From the NCBI RefSeq assembly GCF_006345805.1, contig NC_042999.1, positions 68,634,001 to 68,698,000 of the forward strand: DNA of 64,000 nucleotides, written 5' to 3'. Shown piece by piece: positions 37,790 to 51,119 of this stretch (the first letter of the stretch is position 1; every line of letters starts with the position of its first letter). The DNA is from Octopus sinensis (Eukaryota). Under the pieces are notes generated by a model. The model did not search any database. It saw only the letters and a list, made by a program, of their open reading frames with translations, and was not told where the DNA came from. Both the position numbers and the translations under genes were made by a program.

Positions 37790-38210
37790 GTATATATAGG
37801 AAGTTATATACAAAGATACGGTGTATATATATTATATATATATGTATGTATATACTTACATATATGCATACATATATACACACATATGCACTCACACACA
37901 CACACACACAACATATATATATATATATATATGTGTGTGTGTTGGTATTCTTGCGTGTGTGTATATACACACATTTATATTTCCTTTTGTATGCTTGTGC
38001 TATATACGTGTGTGTGTTGTTGTTGTTGTTGTGTGTATGTGTCTGGATGTACTTATAATGTTCCAAGACGCATGGAACGAAATAAACTTAGATTGCAAGC
38101 ACGTGTATGCGTGTTTGTTGCGCAGAATCGAAAAAAGGAAAAAAAATAATCAACTGATGGCAACCACGACGACCAGATGGCATCGGTGACGATCAAGACG
38201 ACAATGCTAT

Positions 38211-38241
<31 letters not shown>

Positions 38242-38611
38242 GGTGAAGGTAATGACAACGACGACGACGACGGCGTTGATGTTGATAACGTTATTGAAAG
38301 AAAATGGAAGCTCAACAAAATGCAACGATGACATATGTTCATTTTATGTAGCGCACACATACTCGCACATTTTCGCAAGCAAACACATTGACACCATCAC
38401 GCACACATACACACATACACACACAGAAGAGAGTATTCACCACTGAAAGTCATAAACATATGCACGAATATATATGGCGAAAGAAAAAAAAAACACTTAA
38501 AAAAACAATCACACCTGAAAGAACCAAGAGAAAGGAGGCGGAGGAGGAAACAAAATGTTTCGGGTAGCAACAAGAGGTGGAAAATAATAAGTATATAACT
38601 GTATAAATAAA

Positions 38612-39538
38612 TCTACTACATCTGTGGGAAATTCTGTCTGTGGGTGTGTTTGTGGAGTTGTTAGCTAACTCCTCCTACATCATTTTATCGATTTTGATGA
38701 AACTTGACACGTGAATATAACTCATGTCGCGAAACCTCATGGCATACTCAGATTGTTGAAAATAAATCGATAATAGGGCCCCTGGAAAGGATCCTTATAT
38801 ATATAATATATCTAATATATTTTATTTTAAAAACCAAGGGAAATAACCCATTCATCCCTGGAAGGAATCCTTATATATAGCCAACGGAAATAACCCAAAC
38901 ATTTTCCTAAATTATTTGGTAAAAATGAAATTGAGTATGCTTATTTCTTAGTATTTGAACTGTTAGAGCTATTTTCGCAATATATCTAGTACAATCTTTA
39001 AACATGTAAATAGTTTTTTTTCCTAAACAATAGATTTATTTATTTCGGTTAGTGATTTATTCATGAATATACCAAAAGTAGCGCCCCTGAAAGTAATATT
39101 TGCTGGGAGCGCACAAAAACCTTTTTCAAAGCTATTTACTTTGAATTGTTACCATTTCATATCTGATTAGCCTGTTAGTACGTAGCATGTTTTCGTGATT
39201 TTAGTATACCTACCATATTAGTATTTCCTCCTAAGTTCTATATACTCTGAGAATGCATTAAAGCCCTTTTCGGATCTACTTTATTTGAATTATTACTATC
39301 GGATAACTAATTTCATGTTATTACATAACTGACATCACAATTTGCGCATTCATAACTTATTGGAAATTCCTAAAAACAAGATCCTGCGTAAGACAGTTCG
39401 GTATTTTCTGTAAATGCACAAAAAACGTTTTAAGAGCTACATACTTTGTACTGTGTTATTGGATTAGCAAAACAATTTTGAGAACAGAACCAAGGGATAA
39501 ACCCTGCTTTCCAGGGAATTAGCGGGTACGTCAGATAG
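38612..39538 (+). mobile_element. Probable non-autonomous Helitron-like element
   Basis: 5' a|tctactac followed by a ctgt/gtgt microsatellite and atcgattttgatgaaacttg; 3' agcgggtacgtcagatag|t (CTAG-like end between A and T). Architecture resembles Lep1-type Helitrons. Confidence 0.5.
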
Positions 39539-39594
39539 TATATGAATATATAAAAAGTAATGTAAGATACGACAAAAAAGTTTAATATAATAAT

Positions 39595-40005
39595 CCTTTC
39601 TATTATGGTCGCAAGGCCTGAGATTTGGGGAGATGGGACTAGTCGATTACATCGACCCCAGAGGCTCGACTGGTACTTAATTTCTTGACTCCTAAAGGAT
39701 GAAAGGCAATGTCGACCTCGACCTCGACGGAATTTGAACTCAGAATGTAAACACAGAGGAATTCTCCCAGCTCACCGCCTTCTGGTTAATGTAATAATAA
39801 TATTTTCTAATAAAGGCACAAGGCCTGAAATTTGCGGGGAGGGGACTAGTCGATTACATCATCGATCCCAGTGCTTCACTAGTACTTAATTTATCAACCC
39901 CGAAAGGATGAAAGGTAAAATCGAACTCGGCGGAATTTGAACACAGAACCTAAAGACAGGCGAAATACCGCTAAGAATTCTGCCCGGTGTGTCAACCATT
40001 CTGCC

Positions 40006-40006
<1 letters not shown>
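39595..40006 (-). mobile_element. Two tandem SINE A copies (about 39595-39785 and 39805-40006)
   Basis: Each has gggactagtcgattacatc...gaaaggatgaaagg...gaatttgaac. Confidence 0.85.
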
Positions 40007-40079
<73 letters not shown>

Positions 40080-40255
40080 GAGAGAGAGAGAGAGATAAGT
40101 GTGAAAAAGCAATATAATGCATATACATGTATATGTGGATAAATGTATGTAAACTTGTGAAGAAGGAAAAAAAAAAGAAAACAACAGCAACGAGAAAAGA
40201 ATATTATAGAAAGCAAAGCAGATGTGCAGAAATTACATGAATATATGAGTGTGCA

Positions 40256-40301
<46 letters not shown>

Positions 40302-40588
40302 TGTGTGCGTGTGTGCCTGTGTGTGTGTGTGTGCGTGAGTTTATGCGTGTGTGTCTGTGCATTTATGAATCTGTTTATATGTCTGTGTGGTCTCTACAAT
40401 GTAACTTGGTATACATATATATATATATATATACATACACACACACATATATATATACTTACATATATATGTATACATGCATATACAAATATATATATAT
40501 ATATATACTTGTATATGTATACATACATATACAAATATATATCTATATATACATACATATATATATATGCAAATATATATATATATAT

Positions 40589-40625
<37 letters not shown>

Positions 40626-40721
40626 CATACATACATATATATGCATATATATAAATACATACATATATATATATATATATATGTATACATGCATACACAC
40701 ACACACACATATATATATATG

Positions 40722-40757
<36 letters not shown>

Positions 40758-41529
40758 TGTATGCATGTATCTAGAAGCAAGATCTGTGCAACATGGCGAA
40801 ACGAAAGCAAGGACAGAGTAGTACACTTTTAAGACAAATCTTGAAATGTCCGACTGTTTGTCGACAAGAATAGGGAAAAAAGAACCGCATGAAAAATAAA
40901 GACAAAAGAAAGAAAGAAAGAAAGTGAGAAAGAAGGAAAGGAGAAAGAAAGAGAAAGTAAGTGAGAAAAAAAGCAGAATGGAATGAAATATAGAAACTCA
41001 TTTTTTTGTTTTTTCTTTTCTTTTTTCACACGCACTCTCATATGTCAAGATCTTTGGAATAAAGAACGTTTGCCATTTCTAAGACGCTTCATTTTGTGGT
41101 ATCTTAGATTATTTTTTATTTTCTTTTGCATGTTTTTTTCTTGTGTGTGTGTGTGTCTGTGTGTGTGGTAAGTGATTTTGTGAAAAGTGATTTTCTTTTT
41201 TTATGCTGAGGCATTTTATTTTAAGGAATTATATTTAGTCAGTGCGTATTTGAAAACGTCCGTTTTTTTTTCTATATTTCGTTGCTTCCTTTATACAACA
41301 CGTAAGATGGTTTTGTAGTGTTTCAATAGATATATATATATATATAAGAAAAAACTGGCATGGTAATGAGTCAGTGTATATTTGTGCTTGGGTGTATGTG
41401 AGCGCGTATGTGCGTGTGCATGAGCATGTGTGTGTGTGTATGTGGGTATATATATATATGCGTGTGTGTTTAATTATTTTATTCTTTCACTTGTTTCAAT
41501 CGTATATATATGTGTGTGCGTGTGTTTGC

Positions 41530-41700
41530 TCCCCCTCACCATCCATAGACAACTGATGCTGGCGTGTTTACGTCCCCGTAACTTAGCGGTTCCACAAAAG
41601 AAACCGATTGAGTAAGTACTGGGCTTACAGAGAATAAGTCCTGCAGTCGATTTATTCGACTACAGGTAGCGCTCCAGCATGTCCGCAGTTAACAATGAAA
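41530..41700 (+). mobile_element. SINE group B, 3' half
   Basis: gatgctggcgtgtttacgtccccgtaacttagcggttc...ctccagcatg. Confidence 0.85.
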
Positions 41701-41747
41701 AGAATAAAAGAATATATGTACACACACACACAATATAAAATTAACGG

Positions 41748-42255
41748 CGGAACTCGAAGCAATCCAACGAAGCTACACAAAGAAAATCGTCTCAAGCAAC
41801 GTATCAGCTACTGGGAAAGACTGAAAGAGCTAAAATTCTTCTCCCTAGAACGAAGGCGGGAAAGATATGCAGTGATATACATCTGGAACTTTGGCCTTGA
41901 AAGTTACACAAACAGCAAAACGTGGCGCCACTGCTCCCAGCATCTCCATCAAAATACAGGACCAGTTACAGCAACAGCTTGAGTCTCAAGGACCCACAGC
42001 TCTGCAGTATCCTTCCAAATAGCATGTGAGACCTGCATTGTGTGGATGTAGGTGTCTTCAAAATAAAATTCGATCTTCTATCAAGGGTTCCAAATGAGCC
42101 TGCCTCACAGCAGGAAACACAGATGCGTGCAGCGCCATCAAACTCCCTCGTTCACCAAATGTCACATGTCAGAGCAGGTGTCAAATAATGTTGTACCACA
42201 GCCAACGGTGGTGTCCCAGCATGACCGCACCTTTACAGATGAAACACTTTAAAGA
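41748..42255 (+). mobile_element. CR1-clade LINE 3' end
   Basis: LEAIQRSYTKKI...SYWERLKELKFFSLERRRER; 3' UTR ggtggtgtcccagcatgaccgc. Confidence 0.85.
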
Positions 42256-42311
42256 TATATATACATACATACATTCATACACCACACACACATATATATG
42301 AATGTATGTAG

Positions 42312-42391
<80 letters not shown>

Positions 42392-42763
42392 GGTATATGC
42401 TTAGTCAAACATGGGATTCCACATCAAAATAATATACACCCCGCTTTAATTACTCAGCTGAACACAAAATGAAAATAAATGAAATACTTAGACATACCCA
42501 CGGAAAAGCAGATGCAATGTCATGTATATATTTAAGCACCCCAAATATATCCAAATAGAAATTCCGTAGCAAGTCTCGACACAAATGAAAATATTCTATG
42601 TGGTCAGACGATTTAGCGTCTATTTTTCAAAGGAAAATTTTTTTCTTTTTGCCATTATTTATTGTTGAATTTATAAGCTTCACCTTAAAAGGTATTTTTC
42701 ATATGCTGGCCACTGAAAAAAATTTTTGATAAACTTTTAATCCCTATATTAGAAGTATATCTA

Positions 42764-42855
<92 letters not shown>

Positions 42856-42911
42856 CATCTATCTATATCTATATATCTATCTATCTATCTATCTCTATAT
42901 ATCTATCTATC

Positions 42912-42968
<57 letters not shown>

Positions 42969-43239
42969 ATATATATACATATATTCTTGCATATACATAT
43001 AGATATAGCCATACTTTATTTCATAACATTTGCCATAAAGGCAGTACATAGAGTAAGTTAGCTTTGCGGGCTGGACGAGGACATTAATGAAATGAATGAT
43101 AATGAAAGAAAGATGATGGGGATGGGAGAAGACAAGAAGTGCCCACCGACTTCTGCTTCTCTAAAACATTGTTCTTTTAAAAACAAACACAAATCGAGGT
43201 ATTAAACCTCTTACAATTTTTACAACTTTTCAATTTTTG

Positions 43240-45190
43240 GACTTAAAAGTCCATTACTAACAACAACATAGTTCATATGATATAAATACAATACACAAAG
43301 CTCCTCCTCCCAGACCTGGCTTACACTTCCCTTAGGAATGCGCCAGCTCTAGGTCGGGGCCCCTCAAGTTGTATCACAATTTATGACTCGTCCTCAAAAT
43401 AACTTGTGCCCGCACCCTCCGCCATCCACCACGCATCCCTCAGAATGTAATCGAGTTCCGTGTTAGCGTCGCCCGGGACCAAGCTATAATCTTCATTGAG
43501 CTCCTTCAGCCCAAGCGTCACGTCGAACGCCACGGCCTCCACAGCTACCTGCGGAGGCCATTCGGGGTCCTGTGTGAAGGCTAAAGGCTCTCCCTTATGG
43601 TGCTTTTCCATCACCTTTTCAATCTCTCCGCCCCTATGGAAGAGTATCAATACATCGTTTTTCCTCGGGTGCGGGATATTCAATTCTTTCGTTGGCGGCA
43701 CAGTTCCCGCCAACGATGTTTCTTCTCCTGTCGGTGACAGGAGAACCCCAGGACATTCCGGTACTATGTCACCGACTGCCGGTAATGTCCCGTTTCGCTT
43801 CCTCTTTTTCTTTTTTTCTTTTCAACTGAGGGAGGGTGCGTCTCCTCCGTGGCCGGAAGATTCGCCTTTCCCTCCTCATCCCTAGTATCCTTTGGTGAGC
43901 ACCCATTGTTGCTCACCTTCCTTTTTCGGCTCTGTTTGAGGAGTCCTCCGCTTCCTCGGCCGTTTTCATTCCCTCTTCTACAGGGGTTTCACTTAACTGC
44001 TTCGGGATCCTATTTTGTTCCCGGGGACAGTTTTTCTTTATATGGCCGGACTCCAAGCACCGATGACACCTAGTGGGGTGACCCTCAAGTATCAACGGGG
44101 CACCTGCACCCGGCCATTTTCAAAAAATCTGGAAGAACCAGATTGGCTGATTGGGTCCAAAGGGTCAAAATTGCTTTTGACCCAACCCAAACAGCCGCAG
44201 GAAGAACTTTCACATTAAGAAGCTTAGTTCTGCTGCTACCCAGACCACGGCGGATAATCTCCTCTATCCACTCGGGTTTTATCCCGGGTGGCAGCCCGCA
44301 GATCCAAGCTTTCGTCAGTCTCTTTTTTTGGTACGTGGCCAGAAATAAAATTTCCTTACCCTCCAGGGGTTTACTAGCAAATTTGCAAGCCTCTTCAGGG
44401 GTGTCAAATAGCAACCACACCGTTGCATATCTGACACCCCTGGAAATGAATTTAATTTTTGGCAAATACTCTGCCAACTCCTTTTCAATTGCCGTCTTTT
44501 CGAATAGGGCGATGGTGTCGAGTGCCTTGGAGTAGGTTCTCAACACCACCGTCCTATCTTCACGGTCTTTTAACCACTTTTTAGGCGGTATAATCTCCCA
44601 TTCCAAAATTTTGTCATTTTTCATTGCCATGTTTTTTTGTTTTGAAATATATTCAAAATAAACTTAAAAAGCGAGAAGAAAAAAGTTCAAAAGTCCAAAA
44701 GTCCAAATAAAATTCGATAGATTTTTTGAAAAAACAAAAAGGAGAAAGCACACACAGAAAGGAAGAAATCAACGGAAAGTTTTAAAAAAGTCAATAAACA
44801 GCAAAACACAGCCAAAATCTTCTGGCCTTACGGTACTCCCGGCCTGAGTTGAACCTGGAACGCCGCAACTGGAATACAACCTCCACAAAAATTGGTCCAA
44901 AAGGTAATCCAAAAGTGGCTTATTCTTATAATTTTCTTGCGAGATACGCCCACAAGAAGAATTCTCAATTCACCGTTACGGCCAAAATTTAACACTATTT
45001 TCAAACGAAAGTTTGGCAGGATACGCCCACCAAACCAATAATTTTCACAATTAACTGAATTTTCACTCAACCTCAGGTAGACCAGAGTCTAGTGAGGACT
45101 TCTCGCTTGTAAAAATAATTTGCAACATACAACAGGTCCCCACTAGACCCCCCAAAATTCTTACCTTGCGACTGAGTATTCAAAAGTCTT
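43240..45190 (-). mobile_element. ORF1-only Tx1/L1-like element: 5' UTR, frameshifted ORF1 (44630 to 43381) with CCHC knuckle, no ORF2
   Basis: CHRCLESGHIKKNC fits CX2CX4HX4C; homologous to 7937-8430; no endonuclease or RT sequence after the ORF1 stop. The 3' boundary is uncertain. Confidence 0.7.
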
Positions 45191-46009
45191 CAATTTAAGA
45201 CAGCTTTCTAAAACACGTCTTACATCTACGGTGTATATACTTGCCTATATTTATATGCATACTTATGTATCTATGTATATGCATTTGTATGTGTTTGTGA
45301 GTGTGTGAATTTTTGTAATCGACTTCAAGATTTGTCTTTATAAACCTCTTTCCGGTTCTATTTACTTTGAGCTATTTTCATGAATATGCTTGCATTGTTT
45401 GCTACACGAAAATGCACCAATGAAATTAACAATTTTAAATTACATTTAATTCCCTACCGAAGTAAGTCCATGTTGGTGCTCTGAAGCAATTAGGCGGACC
45501 TGCAGGCATTTTTTTCAGTTTATGTAGAGAAGTATACATGCGTCCTGATAATTCGTATGCAATCTCGATTCTACTCGTAAGAATATGTATATAGAAGCCA
45601 GTGAATGTCCCTTACGTATTGCTAAGTGTAGTTGGTGCCAGAATGAAGTTTGTGTTGAAAGAACTGCATTGCGTTTCGCATTTCCTACGTTTCATTTAGA
45701 TGTGAAGAATGCAACGATGCCAGCTGTTTCAGTCATTAGACAGCGGTCATGCTGTGGCACCAACTTGAAGAATCAATCCCAGTACTTAGTTTTCTTCAAG
45801 ACTGGTTCTTATTCTATCGGTTTCTTTTGCGCGGCCTCTAATTTACGGAGACGTAATCATACCAACATCTTTATTTCAACTGAAAACCCAACATATTAAA
45901 GGTGCTCATTTTCTTCCTTATTTCAGATTGAAGATAACAGCACTTTGAACGGACCTTACTAAGCCCTGCTTGTCACAGCTGAACATTTTACAGAATGCAG
46001 CGGGGACAT

Positions 46010-46190
46010 GAAGACAATATGGAAATACGTCAAGCAATAAAGAAACTTATGAAATGATCCAGAATGCTTATGAAAGAACTTGTATGAGTCAAGCATCAGT
46101 TTTGTTTTCGCTTGTCCAAGAGGCCAATTTCGAAGAGGACACCTGATGAAGGCTGGAGGGTATATCAACAAACAAGATGAGGACAAATAT
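46010..46190 (+). mobile_element. Mariner transposase N-terminal HTH remnant
   Basis: IRQAIK...ETYEMIQNAYERTCMSQASV resembles the mariner HTH consensus; frameshifted. Confidence 0.5.
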
Positions 46191-46281
46191 CCGTCAAATG
46201 TAAATAATGTAAATAATGTTATATATATTTATCTTTCAAATATATATATAATACTGTACCAAGAACTTTCTCTTTATATTC

Positions 46282-46341
<60 letters not shown>

Positions 46342-46342
46342 C

Positions 46343-46508
46343 GGAGATGTACTTGCATAGCAAGTGACCTGATCTGAGATCGTGGGCTGGAACAAAAACA
46401 ATTGCAAGCGTGGAAGGGTTTCTACACCATTTAAGAAACACACAAAATCCGTTAGATTCACTTCAACATTTAAATGGCTTATAAACACCTTCCACGCTGC
46501 AATTGTTT
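46343..46508. repeat. Short element with 39-bp inverted arms (46396-46434 and 46470-46508)
   Basis: aaacaattgcaagcgtggaagggtttctacaccatttaa versus reverse complement aaacaattgcagcgtggaaggtgtttataagccatttaa. Confidence 0.75.
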
Positions 46509-46689
46509 ATATATATATATACATATAATACTTTATTTCGGCCAGCTAAGCCGTAATTAAACGGTCCGATGATGGCCTACCCGGCCGAAATTTTGTAGTC
46601 ATAATCAATACTATTTTTGTTAAAGAATAATCTAAATTTACACAAAAATTGCTTTTATTATAACTTAACGGAAAACGACATTAATAAAA

Positions 46690-47410
46690 CACACGCACAC
46701 ACACACTCTCTCTTTCTCACACACACACACTCTCTCTCTCTCACTCACACACACGCACGCACGCACAAACTCTCTCACTCACACACACACGCACACATAC
46801 TCTCACTCACACACACACACGCACACTCTCACTCACACACACTCCCTCTCTTTCACACTCACACACACTATCATACACACGCAGTCACTCTCTCTCTCTC
46901 TCTCTCACACGCACACACACACACACAAATACTTCCTCTCTCTTTCACTCACACACACGTGCATACACACACACTCTCTCTCATTCACACACACGCACAC
47001 ACACACTCTCTCAATCTCACTTACACACACACATACTCTCTCTCACACCGCACACACACACACTCTCACTCACACACACACACAAATACTTCCTCTCTCT
47101 TTCACTCACACACACGTGCACACACACACACACTCTCTCTCATTCACACACACGCACACACACACACTCTCTCAATCTCACTCACACACACACACAGACT
47201 CTCTCTCACACACGCACACACACTCTCACTCACACACACACACAAATACTTCCTCTCTCTTTCACTCACACACACATGCACACACACACACACACACACA
47301 CTCTCTCTCATTCACACACACGCACACACACACTCTCTCAATCTCACTCACACACACAGACTCTCTCTCACACACACACGCACACACACACACATACATA
47401 CACACACTCT

Positions 47411-47442
<32 letters not shown>

Positions 47443-47475
47443 CACGCACACATACGAACACACACACGCACACAT
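46690..47475. repeat. (CA)/(CT) compound tract with a higher-order unit of about 157-160 bp
   Basis: caaatacttcctctctctttcactcac recurs at about 46926, 47083 and 47243. Confidence 0.85.
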
Positions 47476-48144
47476 TTTCGTAGTTGTTAAGAAATAACAA
47501 AATGCAACACGGATATGTCACAACACACATAAACATGGATTCACATGCAACTAAAATTTCACGACGTCTCTTTCCTTTCTCTTCTCTTCTTCTCCTAGCT
47601 GTTGCTGCTAACACAGCCAACAGGCGTCACTCTTGATCGATCAGATTCTATGATAAAAGAATCATTACAGCAAATGCATTATTTTTGTTTTTGTCCTGAG
47701 TATCTAAAACAAAATTATCCAAGGTGTCCTTGCCATCTTGAAGATGCTAAAGTATGATAATGAAGGAGATTTGGGTTGATAATTTTAGTAGTTTGAGCGG
47801 TAATACAACTTTAGAATAATATATTATGGGCTTTTCTTTGGGTGATTAGATCGAGTCTGTTACTTGATCGGTCTCGAAGGAATGGAAGATAAAGATGATT
47901 CCAGTAAGATTTAGAATCACAGCGAAAATAGATTTGGTGTTTTACGTTCTGGCATCATCCCAAATCTGTACCTCCGAACGTAAGTTCAGAAATTCATGTC
48001 TTAATTCATAAAGGAATGTCCTATAAAATATATACGTATATATATATATATGACATTTTCTAATATGTATGTAGGAGTATATATATATATATAATATATA
48101 TATTATATATATATATATATATATAATACATATATATATAGGAC

Positions 48145-48460
48145 GCGTGGCACCTTGTGCAAGTGTCTCCTACTATAGCCTCGGGCCGACAAAAGCCTTA
48201 TAAGTGGGTTTGGTAGACGGAAACTCTGTGTGGTTGTGTGTGTGTGTGTGTGTGTGTGAGTCTTTATGTCTGTGTTTGTCTCCCCGACGTCGCTTGACAA
48301 TCGATGTTGGTATGTTTATATCCCCGTAGCTTAGTGGTTCGGCAAAATACACAAATAGTATAAGTACCAAGCTTACAAAAAATAAGTACTGGGGTCGATT
48401 TCTCTGACTAAAAGGTGGTGCTCCAGCATGGCCGCATTCAAATCACTGAAACAAGTTAAA
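48145..48460 (+). mobile_element. SINE group B, 5'-truncated
   Basis: gcgtggcaccttgtgcaagtgtctcctactatagcctcgggccgac...ggtggtgctccagcatggccgc. Confidence 0.9.
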
Positions 48461-48471
48461 TAGTAAAGAGT

Positions 48472-48509
<38 letters not shown>

Positions 48510-48755
48510 GCGCGCGCACACACACTCAAACACAAATGTATATAATATATTCTTATATGTATATATATGCATATATATATATATAATACGCACACACATA
48601 TATACATATATATATGCATATACATACATATATATACATATATATACATACATATATATACATATATATACATACATACATACATATATACATACATACA
48701 TACATGCATACATATATATATATATATACATACATATATATATATATATACATAC

Positions 48756-48788
<33 letters not shown>

Positions 48789-48873
48789 CATACATACATA
48801 CATATATACATATATATATACATATATACATACATACAATATATATATACATATATACTAATATACATACATA

Positions 48874-48909
<36 letters not shown>

Positions 48910-49167
48910 TATACATTCATACATACACACATACATACATACATATATATACACATACATACACACATACATACATATATATACACATACATACATACAC
49001 ATATATATATACACATACATACATACACATATATATATACACATACATACATATATATATATACACATACATACATACATATTTACATATACACATACAT
49101 ACATATATATATATACACGGCCGCGGCCTTCGGGCTAAAACATTTTAAGGATTTAAGGATTTATATA

Positions 49168-49220
<53 letters not shown>

Positions 49221-50274
49221 GATGTTCATAGTGGCCCTTTCAGACATGCCTTCAGTTGCTACGATGACCACCCTTGCTAGCTATGCAGATGACACAAAAG
49301 TCTCCCACGCAATACAAAACCCTGAAAATATTGCGCATCTGCAACATGAGCTGGGACACAATATACAGGTGGGCTGAGGACAACAACATGCAGTTTAATG
49401 CAGGTAAGTTCCAGGCCCTGCGCTACTGGCACACAAAGGTAAATGACGTGAAGACTGGATACACTGGCCCAGGACGAATTGCAATCCCTGAGTCAAAATC
49501 AGTGCGTGACCTGGGCATTGACATGAGCAATGATGCATCTTTCCAAATGCAATTGCTAATCTGGTGATAAAATGCAGACGGCTAGCTGGATGGATTCTCC
49601 GAACTTTCAGAATAAGAGAGAAGGAGACACTGATGGTCCTATGGAAAACATTTGTCCTCAGCCGCTTGGACTACTGCTCCCAACTTTGGTCACCACACAA
49701 TATAAAACAAACAGCAGAACTTGAAGCAACTCAGAAAGCTACACAAAGAAAATCGTCTCAATGCAAAATGTCAGCTACTGGGAAAGACTGAAGGTATTAA
49801 ACCTCTTCTCCCTGGAGCGGAGGCGGGACAGATATGCAGTGATATACATCTGGAAAATCCTGGAGGGTCTTGTCCAAACTTTGGCATTCAAAGTTACTCC
49901 AACCGCAGAACGGGGCGCCGCTGCGTGGTGCCAAGGATTCCAACATCACCATCAAAATACAGGTCCAGTTACTGCAACAGCTTGGGTTTCAGAGGACCAC
50001 ATCTTTAACATCCTCCCTAAATGCTGAGAGACTTACATGGTGTGGATGTGGGTTTCTTTAAAACTAAACTGGATCTCTTCTTGTTGGGAGTCCCAGATGA
50101 ACCTACCTCACGACAGGAGACACGGATGCGGGGAGGCAGCAGCATCGAACTCCCTTGTTGATCAAGTGCCACGTATCAGAGGTGGATTCACAAACTAGTG
50201 TAGCTCATTCAGCGGTGGTGCCCCAGCATGGCCGCGGCCTTCGGGCTAAAACATTTTTAAGGATTTAAGGATTT
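49221..50274 (+). mobile_element. 5'-truncated CR1-clade LINE (RT C-terminal half to 3' end)
   Basis: LASYADDTK; [17 protein letters not shown]; VRDLGI; VLSRLDYCSQLWSPH; SYWERLK. Tail (aaggattt)n. Frameshifted. Confidence 0.92.
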
Positions 50275-50310
50275 ATATATATACACACATACATACATAT
50301 ATACATATAC

Positions 50311-50351
<41 letters not shown>

Positions 50352-50558
50352 CATATACATACATACATACATACATATATACATACATACATACATATAT
50401 ATATACATACATACATATATATATACATACATACATACATACATATATACATACATACATATATACACATATATATACATACATACATACACATATATAT
50501 ACATATATATATATATACATACATTACATACATATATATATATATATATACATACATT

Positions 50559-50604
<46 letters not shown>

Positions 50605-51119
50605 CATCTTCACCGACACATTCGCCGCTTCTAAGTTAGTTTACGATTTGTGTTTACAATGTGTGCGTGGTGTGTTGTGTGTGTGTGTAAAAGTTAAACC
50701 AAATGGCAAATGTCCAGTAGAAATTCTTGACTCATTCGTATATCTGTACAACTGGCGCGCGAAGTCTATTATGAACACCAATTCCATCATCTCACGAAAA
50801 TCATATTATATCGCAGAGATATTTACTACGAACCACCGACATCCGGAGCTAAAGATTCTTATCTGGTCAACTGGCCGCTAGCTTTGCTGCTTTGTTGCGG
50901 CTGTGGATAATATATTCTGTCATAATTTTATGCATAAATGAGGATTCGTTAAATTTGAATCGTAGTATCTTGAAGCAGGAATAACAAGAATTTCTCGCGA
51001 AAAGTGTTTTGCAGTACAAAACTTACCTAATCTTGCATCTCAAAAATTCGAACTGACAATTGTAGTTCAACCAAACAGCCAACCATTAAGGATGAAATAT
51101 ATGCATGCATACATACATA

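Noticed and set aside
45540-45700. Cys-rich peptide ECPLRIAKCSWCQNEVC resembling a transposase C-terminal zinc finger
   Set aside because: Too short and isolated to support a feature call without a search.
50690-50881. [10 protein letters not shown] resembling an RTE RT motif
   Set aside because: A single short motif with no flanking homology.
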